Assembly: GCA_965112635.1 (NCBI GenBank)
Contig: OZ218778.1
Coordinates: forward strand, 2,222,833-2,286,832
Reading direction: 5' to 3'
DNA: 64,000 nt
From: an uncultured bacterium
GTDB lineage: Bacteria > Oederibacteriota > Oederibacteriia > Oederibacteriales > Oederibacteriaceae
Shown: piece by piece, positions 1 to 8,285 of the stretch
How the letters are laid out: the number at the start of each line of letters is the position of its first letter
How positions within the stretch are numbered: the stretch's first letter is position 1
The notes under the pieces: model-generated
What the model was told of the DNA's origin: nothing
Databases searched by the model: none
Seen by the model: only the letters and a program-made list of their open reading frames with translations
Made by a program: the position numbers and the translations under genes

Positions 1-1885
1 TCCTCCGGCATGGTCCATTTCATCCTGATCTCCGGGTCGGAATACCAGCGGCCCTGGTCGGGATGCGAATCCGACAGGAGGCTGGCGGACTGGCACTGGG
101 TGTCGATATTGAACCGGAAGTGGACGACTTCGCTCTTGTTGCCCGCCTGGTCTTTGCTCACCAGGTGGAAATACCATATTCCGTCCCGCAGGGCCGTGAG
201 CTGGATCTCGGATTTGAGGGCCCACAGGCTGGTCTCTTCCACCGGCACGGTGTCAGGATTGGAGTCCCAGCAGTAGAGGTAGCCCACCACGCTGGACAGG
301 CTCACTGCTTCGCTCCATTTCAGGAGCGGACGGGTCTCGCTGTACCACTGGCCGGGTTCGGGGTGCGTGGGGGAGAATATCTTTGGCGGCGTGACGCTGG
401 TGGAGATCTGGATCTTGTAGTGGAACGGCAGCTTGCTGAGGTTACCCGCGAAATCGGCGCTGGTGATGTGGAAATACCAGGTCCCCTCGCTCAGGTTGTC
501 GAATTTGATTTCGGTCCCTTCTAGAAAATCAGCCGTGGCCGGGTCAGGCACCGTGTCTTTTTCCTGGTCCAGGCAGGTGTAGTAGCCCTTGATCCCGGAT
601 AGGTCCGGAGGGCAAAGCCAGGTCAAGACCGCTTCGGTCTGGCGGGACCAGTCGTTTTCGCTGGGATGGGTCATGGAGGTCACGGTCGGTGCTAGGGCCA
701 CGGTGTCGATATTGATCTGATAATGGGCAGGTTCGCTCACGTTATCGGCCATATCCTTGGCCGCCAGGTGGAAATACCAGGACCCGTCGTTCATGTCCTG
801 AAAACTGGCGCTGGTACCCGTGGTCCAGACGCTGGTGGTGGCGTGGGGGATGGTCTGAGGGTTCTGGTCGAACGCAAAATAGTACCCCGCGATGCCGGAC
901 AGGTCCTCAGGTGCGTCCCATTCAAAGACCGACTTGGTCTCCGTGTACCAGGCCAGGTTGTCAGGGTGCGTGGGCGAATATATCTTGGGCGTATCCACGT
1001 GCGTGTCGATACGGACAGGCAGGGTCACGGCAGGGCTCACGCATCCGGCCTGGCTCTGCACCATCACATGGAAATACCAAACGCTGTCCTCTTTCTCGCC
1101 GAAGTTGATGGTCTGGTTGTTGGTCCAGATCCCCTTGCTCGGTTTAAAATCAAAATCCTGCTGCTGGTTGAGCTGGTAGAAACAACCGCGGATGCCCGAC
1201 TTGGACCTGGCCGACTGCCAGTGCACCACAGGCTGGTTATGGCTGTACCATTTCTTGGGGTCCTGATGCGTCAGAGAGCTTACCGTGGGCTGACCTACCG
1301 TCAGGTCAATGCACACGCCGTAGTGGGCGGGTTCGCTCAGGTTGTTGGCCTTGTCCTTGGCTACGACGTGCATGTGCCAGATGCCGTCCTCGATGTTCTT
1401 GAACTGGAACCCGGTCTGGGTGGTCCAGATGGAGTTCCTCTCGTCCGGGACCGTATCGCGATTCTTGTCCAGACAGAGGTAGTAGCCCTCGATCCCGGAA
1501 AGGTCGTGAGGGGTGGCCCAGGTGAACTGCGGCTGGTTGTGGCTGTACCACTCCTGCTGGTCCGGGTGTGAAGGCGAGTTGATGACCGGGATAGGCGCGA
1601 CGGTGTCGACCTTGATCTGGTAGTGGCAGCAGGTGTCAGCCATGTTGCCCGAGGTGTCTTTGGGTCTTAGGTGGAAATACCAGACGCCGTCGGCGATGTC
1701 GCGGAAGATATGGTTGTTCTTTTTGGTAAAATGCGCTTCCTCCATGTCCGGGATGGTGTCCGAGAAGGCGTCCAGGATGTAGTAGTGGCCGTCGATCTCA
1801 GACGAGTTTTCCCACTGGAACATAAAGTCACGGTGGTTGGACCAGCCGTCGGCCGAGAGCAGGTTGGGGGAACTGATTTTAGGCA
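1..1885 (-). repeat. tandem in-frame coding repeats, period 300-303 bp (about 100 aa), at least 6 copies and continuing off the edge
   Basis: The rc of the W-Y-F-H codons (gtggaaatacca or a close variant) recurs at 165, 468, 768, 1068, 1368 and 1671. The spacings are 303, 300, 300, 300 and 303 bp. Confidence 0.9.
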
Positions 1886-3310
1886 GGACCGGGGTCTTGG
1901 TGGTGAAACTGCCTTCCTTGACCTCCTGGAACGAGCCGCCGGTCAAGGAACTGACCAGTCTATAATGGTAGGTCGTGTTGGACTTGAGGTCCCCTAGGGC
2001 CACCGCATGCTTGTAGGTATCGGTCTGGTCCGTGACCATGCGGTCCAGCAGGCCGCTGGTACCGTACTGTACGATGGTCGGGGCAGGTTCCGTGGTGGTC
2101 CAGTTCAGAGTAGCCGAACAGGAGGTCAGCTTGGTGATCAGGGGCTCGGACATCTCCACGGGCGAGGGGCTGTCCGAAAAACCGGATTTGTAGAGCTTGC
2201 CGGAGTTTTCCGTGGCCACGTAGAGCCGGCGGCCGTAGACCGCCATGCTGCGGACCCCATCGTCGGGCAGAGTAAAGGCCGTCTCCCATTCCTCGCCGTT
2301 GCTGGTCTTGTAGACTTTGCCCTTATCGCCGGTGCCGGCGTAGAGCGTGTTGTTGAAGGAAGTGAAGCAAAAAAAGTTGATGTCCTCCGAACTGCTGAAG
2401 CACGAGCTCCAGGTTTTGCCGTTGCCGGAGCAGAAGACCGCGCCGCCGGCAACCTTGTTGCTGGTGCCGGCATAGATCTTGTCCCTGAAAACGTGGAAGG
2501 CCTGGACAAAGGACTGGTCGGTCTGCCAGACCTTTTCCCAGGTCTTGGCGTCGTAGGAGCGGTAGATGATGCCGTTGGGATAGGTGCCGCAGAACAAGGC
2601 CCGCTCGAAGATCGCCAGGGAGCAGCAGCTGGCCTCGCTGGTCTCGAACACCACGGACCAGCTCTTGCCGTTAAATTGCAGGATCCTGCCGGGCGTGGAC
2701 GAGGCCGCGTAGAGCTTGTCCCGGAAATGGCACAGGCTGTGGATGCGGTCCTGCTTGGTCTCGGCCAGGCAGTTCCAGGAAAGGCCGTCCTTGGTGGAAT
2801 AAACCCTTCCGTAAGAATTGGTACCGGCAAAAAGCAGGGGAACCCCGTCCAGGGTGCCGGATTCCAGGCAATACACCTGAGGGGTCAAGTCTTCGGCGTT
2901 TTCAGGTTCCTTGGGCTTGTTTTTGCCGCTATTTTTCTGTTTCAGGGGGTTAAAGAACTGGGAAGTGGCTTGGGTCAGCAGGATGGTCTTCCAGGAACCA
3001 GGGTCACCGGTTTGGGAGAACATGACGCCATCCCTGTTGCTGCAACAGAAGATCTTGCCGTTAAATTCACGCAGAGAATACAAGCAAGGATGGCTTGACT
3101 CTTGATAAACCACATCAAACGCCGGGGACGCGCTATTTTGCAGGAAAAGCTCGATGGCCCGGGAGATATTTTGGAAGGCTTCTTTTTTGGTCTTGCCCTG
3201 GCTGACACAGCCGGGGAGCAGGGGGCACTCGGCGGTAAAGGTCTCTTTGTCAGTTTTTTTGATGGAAATAGGAAAACTCTTTTTTACTTCCGCGGATGGC
3301 ACGAAAAGCA
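1..3310 (-). CDS. giant multidomain surface-type protein, first ~1,100 codons (3' end lies beyond the left edge): HicB/UPF0150-like N-domain, BNR/Ycf48-like beta-propeller, FN3-like module, then >=6 tandem ~100-aa repeats
   Basis: My own minus-strand translation starts at the ATG (rc of cat 3308-3310; AGGAG lies 4 nt upstream) and stays open to position 1. It is absent from the ORF track because no stop falls inside the window. Motifs read: LPGCVSQGKTKKEAFQNISRAIELFL (HicB-like); YRSYDAKTWEKV and GKVYKTSNGEEWE (BNR-like propeller blades); LNWTTTEPAPTIVQYGTS...NTTYHYRLVS (FN3 / purple-acid-phosphatase-N-like). The repeated unit is SPTHPD..WY..(F/L)(E/T)W....DLSGI.GYYY.LD...DTVP...DG.WYFH..AKD.AGN.S.P.HY.I.ID. 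Confidence 0.85.
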
Positions 3311-3512
3311 TATTGCTCCTATAAATAATTGCTTGGTTTTGAGGAACACATTTTAAAATTGTCTAGTGGTAAAGTCAATGAATGATGAGTAATATATTAA
3401 TATAACCTTTAAAGGTTAAGTCATTTTTTTTCTTGATAAAAAAATATGCCATAAAAAAATTATTGACAATCGGCCGCCAAATCACCTAGCAAACGGCTGA
3501 GAGGGAGTTGCT

Positions 3513-4136
3513 TTGAAAATATTGGTTTTAGACAGTGGGGAGCCCTTTTTCGAGAATACTTACCTGGTTTATGACCAGGATTCATTGGAGGGAGTGGTTA
3601 TTGATCCAGGCTGCAGTCCTGCCAAAATACTTAAGGAGATCAAGGATAACAAGCTCAAGATCAAGTATATTTTGCTGACACATGGACATGCTGACCATAT
3701 CGCTGGCCTGACCGGCCTGGCCCAGGAGACCAAGGCGCCGGTCCTGGTCCATGAGTTCGATGCCCCGTATTTGGAAGACCCGGCCAAGAACCTTTCCGGG
3801 TTCATGGGAGCGCCGGTTATAGCCCCCAAGCCCCAGCAACTGCTCAGGGACGGCTCAGAGGTGAGTGTCCAGGGCATCACTTTCAGGGTCCTGCACACGC
3901 CGGGCCATACTCCGGGCAGCGTGTGCTACCTGACCCAGGCCGGTCTGTTCTCCGGCGATACTATCTTCCAAGAATCCATTGGACGCACAGACTTTCCCGG
4001 CAGTTCCTCTGATAATATTATAAGGTCCATCAAGGAAAAGATTTGGGCCTTGCCGGGATCAACGGCGATCTATTCAGGCCACGGCGAACCGACCACTGTG
4101 AGCCACGAAAAAAAACACAACCCGTTCATCGATTAG
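3513..4136 (+). CDS. MBL-fold metallo-hydrolase (hydroxyacylglutathione hydrolase-like)
   Basis: 207-aa ORF with a TTG start and GAGGGAG 6 nt upstream. It carries the HxHxDH motif (LTHGHADHIAG) and later HTPGHTPGS. Confidence 0.85.
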   Translation: MKILVLDSGEPFFENTYLVYDQDSLEGVVIDPGCSPAKILKEIKDNKLKIKYILLTHGHADHIAGLTGLAQETKAPVLVHEFDAPYLEDPAKNLSGFMGAPVIAPKPQQLLRDGSEVSVQGITFRVLHTPGHTPGSVCYLTQAGLFSGDTIFQESIGRTDFPGSSSDNIIRSIKEKIWALPGSTAIYSGHGEPTTVSHEKKHNPFID

Positions 4137-4154
4137 CTAAGAAGGAGTGGTTCA

Positions 4155-5975
4155 TTGCCCAGCAAGATCAAAGTTTTGCCTGACCATATTGTCAACAAGA
4201 TCGCGGCAGGCGAGGTAATCGAAAGACCGGCCTCAGTCCTGAAAGAACTTATCGAGAACAGCCTGGACGCGGGCGCTAAAAATATTTTCGTTGAGATCGC
4301 AGGGGATGGAACCAAGCTTATTAAAGTAAAAGATGATGGCTCAGGTATGACGCCTGAGGACGCTCTTTTGTGCCTGGAACGTCACGCCACCAGCAAGATC
4401 TCAGGTTTTGACGACCTGGAAAGCCTGCGCTCCTTCGGTTTCAGGGGAGAGGCCCTGCCGTCTATCAGTTCGGTTTCGCATTTTGACCTGCTGACCAAGC
4501 CCAAAGGAGTTTTGGGCTCTGCGGTCAGGGTGGTCGTGGAAGGCCACAAACCGCCCCAAAAAAGTGAAACCTCAGGCCCTGACGGCACCACCATTGAGGT
4601 CAGGCATTTGTTCTTTAATACGCCGGCGCGCCTCAAATTCCTCAAATCCCGGTCCACCGAGATCTCCCACCTGATGCAGGTGGTCACTTTATACAGCCTG
4701 GCCAGCCCAGAGGTGAGTTTTGAGGTCCATCTGGACGGCAAGACCAGCCTCAAGCTAGTGCCAGCCAAGAACAAAAAAGACCGTTTGGCCCAGGTGTTCG
4801 GAAAGAGTTTCTGCGACCAGCTGGTCGAGGTCGTTCCCCAGCCTGACCTGCGGTCGGACGCTGGGATGCCGGCAATCAACGGCTATATCGGAGAACCGGC
4901 TTTAACCAGGCCCAACCGCAACACCCAGTACTTTTTTGTGAACAACCGGCCTATCGAGAGCCGGGTTTTGAGCCATGCCCTTTACAGCGGATACCGGACC
5001 CTGCTCATGTCCGGCCGTTATCCCGTGGGAATCCTTTTCCTGGAGCTGGATCCGGCCTATTTTGACGTGAACGTGCATCCGGCCAAAAAAGAAGTGCGTT
5101 TCAAGGACGAGAGCGCCATTTATCGCGAGCTCAGCACATTGATCCAAAAATCACTGGCCAAAGCCAACTATATCCCCACAATCCCCTCTGACAGCCCGTC
5201 CAGCAGCCAGGCTTTTTACGGTTCTCTGCGTTCCAGCCAGAAGTACCCAAAGGCCATAAGAACAGCTTTAACGGATAATAGCCATCTCGCTTTAAATGAA
5301 CCGGTTGCTTTGTATAAAACCAGCGGAACTGGCTCGACCTCTGAACCGGAATCTCCAGCCCAGCAGGGGAGACCCAGCCAGACTGGCCTGGTTGTCCAGC
5401 AGTTCACCCGAGTGTTCGGACAGCTGCACGCTACCTACATCCTGGCTGAGAACAGCGAAGGCCTGTGGGTGATCGACCAGCACGCGGCCCACGAGCGCGT
5501 GCTCTACGAACAGGTACTGTCCAAATACAGCCAAAAGGGCCTGGCTTCGCAAAATCTGTTGCTGCCCATCACCCTGGACCTGACCCCGAGCCAAAAAAGC
5601 ATTGCCGCGGGCAACCAGGAGGTATTGGCCAAACTCGGCTTTGAGCTCTCCATGCTCGGCGGGCAGACCTGCAGTCTGCAGGCCGTGCCGTCCATGCTCC
5701 AACAAAAGAATTTGAAGGAGTTATTCATCACTCTCTTAGAGAACATCTTAGAGAAACCCAGGCCGCCTCAAACCTCGGAATTTCTGGATCGTATGCTCTA
5801 TTACATGGCCTGCCGCTCAGCAGTGATGGCCGGGGACAACCTGACGACCGAACAGATCTACGGTCTCCTGGAGGCCCTGGTCAAGACCCAGCACCCGTTC
5901 GCCTGTTCCCACGGCCGGCCGACCATGGTCAAGATCACGGTCCCTGAAATTGAAAAATGGTTCAAGAGAACTTAA
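4155..5975 (+). CDS. mutL: DNA mismatch repair protein MutL
   Basis: 606 aa. The N-terminal GHKL ATPase motifs are IAAGEVIERPASVLKELIENSLDAGA and DDGSGM. The C-terminal dimerisation region includes CSHGRPT. The start is TTG, preceded by AAGGAG. Confidence 0.95.
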   Translation: MPSKIKVLPDHIVNKIAAGEVIERPASVLKELIENSLDAGAKNIFVEIAGDGTKLIKVKDDGSGMTPEDALLCLERHATSKISGFDDLESLRSFGFRGEALPSISSVSHFDLLTKPKGVLGSAVRVVVEGHKPPQKSETSGPDGTTIEVRHLFFNTPARLKFLKSRSTEISHLMQVVTLYSLASPEVSFEVHLDGKTSLKLVPAKNKKDRLAQVFGKSFCDQLVEVVPQPDLRSDAGMPAINGYIGEPALTRPNRNTQYFFVNNRPIESRVLSHALYSGYRTLLMSGRYPVGILFLELDPAYFDVNVHPAKKEVRFKDESAIYRELSTLIQKSLAKANYIPTIPSDSPSSSQAFYGSLRSSQKYPKAIRTALTDNSHLALNEPVALYKTSGTGSTSEPESPAQQGRPSQTGLVVQQFTRVFGQLHATYILAENSEGLWVIDQHAAHERVLYEQVLSKYSQKGLASQNLLLPITLDLTPSQKSIAAGNQEVLAKLGFELSMLGGQTCSLQAVPSMLQQKNLKELFITLLENILEKPRPPQTSEFLDRMLYYMACRSAVMAGDNLTTEQIYGLLEALVKTQHPFACSHGRPTMVKITVPEIEKWFKRT

Positions 5976-6140
5976 ACAAGTCCAAGGTCAAAAGTCCAAA
6001 GTCCAAGGTAAGAAAAAATTCAAAGCTGAAATATCGAAAAAAGAATTATGTTGAGATTTTTAGCGCTATACTTTAAATGTTTACGGCATAGTTAATGTGC
6101 TATGGATTGAGTTTGTATTTTAACTTTGGACTTTGGACCT
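5973..6140. repeat. intergenic element copy A: GTCCAA(A/G) heptad run plus a conserved ~60-nt core, closed by an inverted GTCCAAAG arm
   Basis: Nucleotides 5978-6010 read aagtccaaggtcaaaagtccaaagtccaaggt. The core ttgagatttttagcgctatactttaaa lies at 6051-6077. The inverted arm ctttggactttggacc lies at 6124-6139. See copy B at 7216-7320. Confidence 0.8.
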
Positions 6141-6168
6141 GAGACCTCGGACTGTATTTAGGAGCGAT

Positions 6169-7218
6169 ATGGCTGATACATTAAAACGCTGTCTTGATGA
6201 CCTGGAATCCCGGCTGGATGAAAAGGTCGAGACCCAGCTTTACACCCAATGGGTGGAATTCACGGAAAACCAGTCCAAGAGCGAGGTTTTCGAGCCCAGG
6301 AGGCTCCAGAGGTCGGTCCCGCGGGTCGAATGGCCCAAGGTCCTTATTAACGACACCCTGGAAAACACCGAACTCATGGCCCTGCGGGAATACAAAACCT
6401 GCTCCGACCTTTTGGAGAACGGCGAGGGTTACCTGCTGTGCGTGCGGAGCAACTACGGCACAGGCATCATCTCCAGCCTGTTCGGGGCAGAGTTGTTTTT
6501 GCTGGATAAGGAACTGGATACGCTTCCCACGGTTAAACCCTTGGGGGACAACAAAAAGATCAGGGATCTGGTGGACAAAGGCGTGCCTGACCTGGACGCC
6601 GGTTTTGGGGCCAAGGTCATGGACATGGGACGATTTTTCAGGGATGTGGCCCAACGCTACCCCAAGATCGGGAAATTCGTGTACCAGTACCATCCTGACC
6701 TGCAGGGGCCCATGGACAGCGCCGACCTGGTCTGGGGCAGCGACATATTCCTGGCTATTTACGACGAGCCGGACCTGCTGGACAGCTTTTTGGGGCTCAT
6801 GACCGACACCTACATCAAGTTCATGAAAAAATGGCAGGAATCCTTCCAGCCCGCGGGACCTTACACCTTTCACTGGGGCTTTATGCAAAAGGGGAGCCTG
6901 ATGATCCGCGAAGACTCCTGCACCAACCTTTCGCCGGATAATTACGCTCGTTTTATTAAACCTTACGACCAGACCCTGTTGGATATTTTCAACGGCGGGT
7001 GCCTCCACTTTTGCGGTAAGGGCGACCATATGATTGGGCAGTACTCAAGCCTCAGTGGCCTCTACGGCATCAACATGACCCAGCCGGAATACAACGACAT
7101 GGAGGTCATCTACAAGAACACCGTGGACAAGGGCATCAAGCTCCTCAATTTCAAGACCGACGCGGCCCGCCTCAGCCAGGAGCAGGGACGGCCCCTCAGG
7201 GGACAAGTGCACATCTAA
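6169..7218 (+). CDS. hypothetical protein, possibly a URO-D/MtaA-like TIM-barrel fold (weak)
   Basis: Long ORF with coding-like composition. The ATG at 6169 has AGGAG 6 nt upstream. The 6133 TTG given in the ORF track lies inside the inverted repeat arm. The only hint to fold is the C-terminal LHFCGKGDH motif, which resembles URO-D family HxCG. Confidence 0.7.
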   Translation: MADTLKRCLDDLESRLDEKVETQLYTQWVEFTENQSKSEVFEPRRLQRSVPRVEWPKVLINDTLENTELMALREYKTCSDLLENGEGYLLCVRSNYGTGIISSLFGAELFLLDKELDTLPTVKPLGDNKKIRDLVDKGVPDLDAGFGAKVMDMGRFFRDVAQRYPKIGKFVYQYHPDLQGPMDSADLVWGSDIFLAIYDEPDLLDSFLGLMTDTYIKFMKKWQESFQPAGPYTFHWGFMQKGSLMIREDSCTNLSPDNYARFIKPYDQTLLDIFNGGCLHFCGKGDHMIGQYSSLSGLYGINMTQPEYNDMEVIYKNTVDKGIKLLNFKTDAARLSQEQGRPLRGQVHI

Positions 7219-7320
7219 ACAGGGTCCAAAAACAGTCCAAGGTCCAAGGCCTAAAATCCAAAGCCGAAACATCGAAAAAATTACATTGAGATTTTTAGCG
7301 CTATACTTTAAAAGTTTGCG
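7216..7320. repeat. intergenic element copy B (same family as 5973-6140, without the right inverted arm)
   Basis: It reads taaacagggtccaaaaacagtccaaggtccaagg..., followed by a 27-nt core at 7286-7312 that is identical to 6051-6077. The core contains the 8-bp palindrome TAGCGCTA. Confidence 0.8.
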
Positions 7321-7352
7321 AGTGATTTGAAGTGCAACACACCGAGGTATAA

Positions 7353-8285
7353 ATGAATAATCAAAAATTTAAACATAGAATTCTAATTATTTCCGGACCG
7401 ACCGCGGTCGGCAAGACCAGCCTGGCCTGCGAACTGGCCGAGGAGCTCGGGGCTGAGATCATTTCGGCGGACGCTTTCCAGATCTACACCGAGCTCAACC
7501 TCGGCACGGCCAAGCCCAGCCGGGAGGAGCGGGCCCGCGTAGCGCACCATTTGCTGGACATTATTTCCTTTGACCAGCCTTTTAACGCGGCGGAGTTCAG
7601 CGCCAGGGCTTTGGTGGCCATCCGCGACATCAGTAGCCGGGGCAAGATCCCCATGCTGGTGGGCGGCACCTATCTTTACCTGCGGGCTTTGCTGGAGGGA
7701 TTTTTCCCGGCCCCAGCCGCGGACAGCGCGGTCCGTGACCGTCTCCTGGAGACCTCCAAAAAACAGGGGAATGAGGCCCTGCATCAAAAATTACAGCTCG
7801 TGGACCCCGTAGCCGCCAAGGCCATCCATGCCAACGACACTTTGAGGCTCACCCGGGCCCTGGAAGTCTATGAGATCACCGGTAAACCCATTTCCGAGCA
7901 TTGGAAAAAGGGCCAAACCGCGCCCAAACCGTTGTCCGGCTTTGATATCACGGCTATCGCGTGTTTAAGGCCCCGGCAAAAGCTTTATGACCTGGCGGAC
8001 CAGCGGGTGGACCGGATGATGGAGGCCGGCCTGCTGGCTGAAGTCAAAAGCCTGTGCGAAAAGGGTTTTAACGAGACCATGCAGTCTTCTTTCGCCCTGG
8101 GGTACCGGCACCTTTTGCCCGTGGCCAGGGGAAAAGGGGATTTGGGCAAGGCCGTGGAAACTTTTAAGCGGGATACCCGGCACTTTATCAAACGCCAGCT
8201 CACCTGGCTCAAAAATGAGTTCAACTTCACGCCTGTCAATCTGGATAAAACGACCAGCCATCAAGTCCTCGAGTTATTGGCCTAG
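7353..8285 (+). CDS. miaA: tRNA dimethylallyltransferase MiaA
   Basis: 310 aa. It has the P-loop ISGPTAVGKTSLA, the motif ISADAFQIYTELNLGTAKPS, and typical length. Confidence 0.95.
   Translation: MNNQKFKHRILIISGPTAVGKTSLACELAEELGAEIISADAFQIYTELNLGTAKPSREERARVAHHLLDIISFDQPFNAAEFSARALVAIRDISSRGKIPMLVGGTYLYLRALLEGFFPAPAADSAVRDRLLETSKKQGNEALHQKLQLVDPVAAKAIHANDTLRLTRALEVYEITGKPISEHWKKGQTAPKPLSGFDITAIACLRPRQKLYDLADQRVDRMMEAGLLAEVKSLCEKGFNETMQSSFALGYRHLLPVARGKGDLGKAVETFKRDTRHFIKRQLTWLKNEFNFTPVNLDKTTSHQVLELLA

Noticed and set aside
63-3098. Long + strand ORFs in the track (63..524, 723..1571, 2007..3098 and smaller ones)
   Set aside because: They lie antisense to the uninterrupted minus-strand frame 3310..1, which carries recognisable domains. 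Their translations are Gly/Arg/Val/Leu-rich with no motifs, as expected for shadow ORFs in GC-rich coding DNA.
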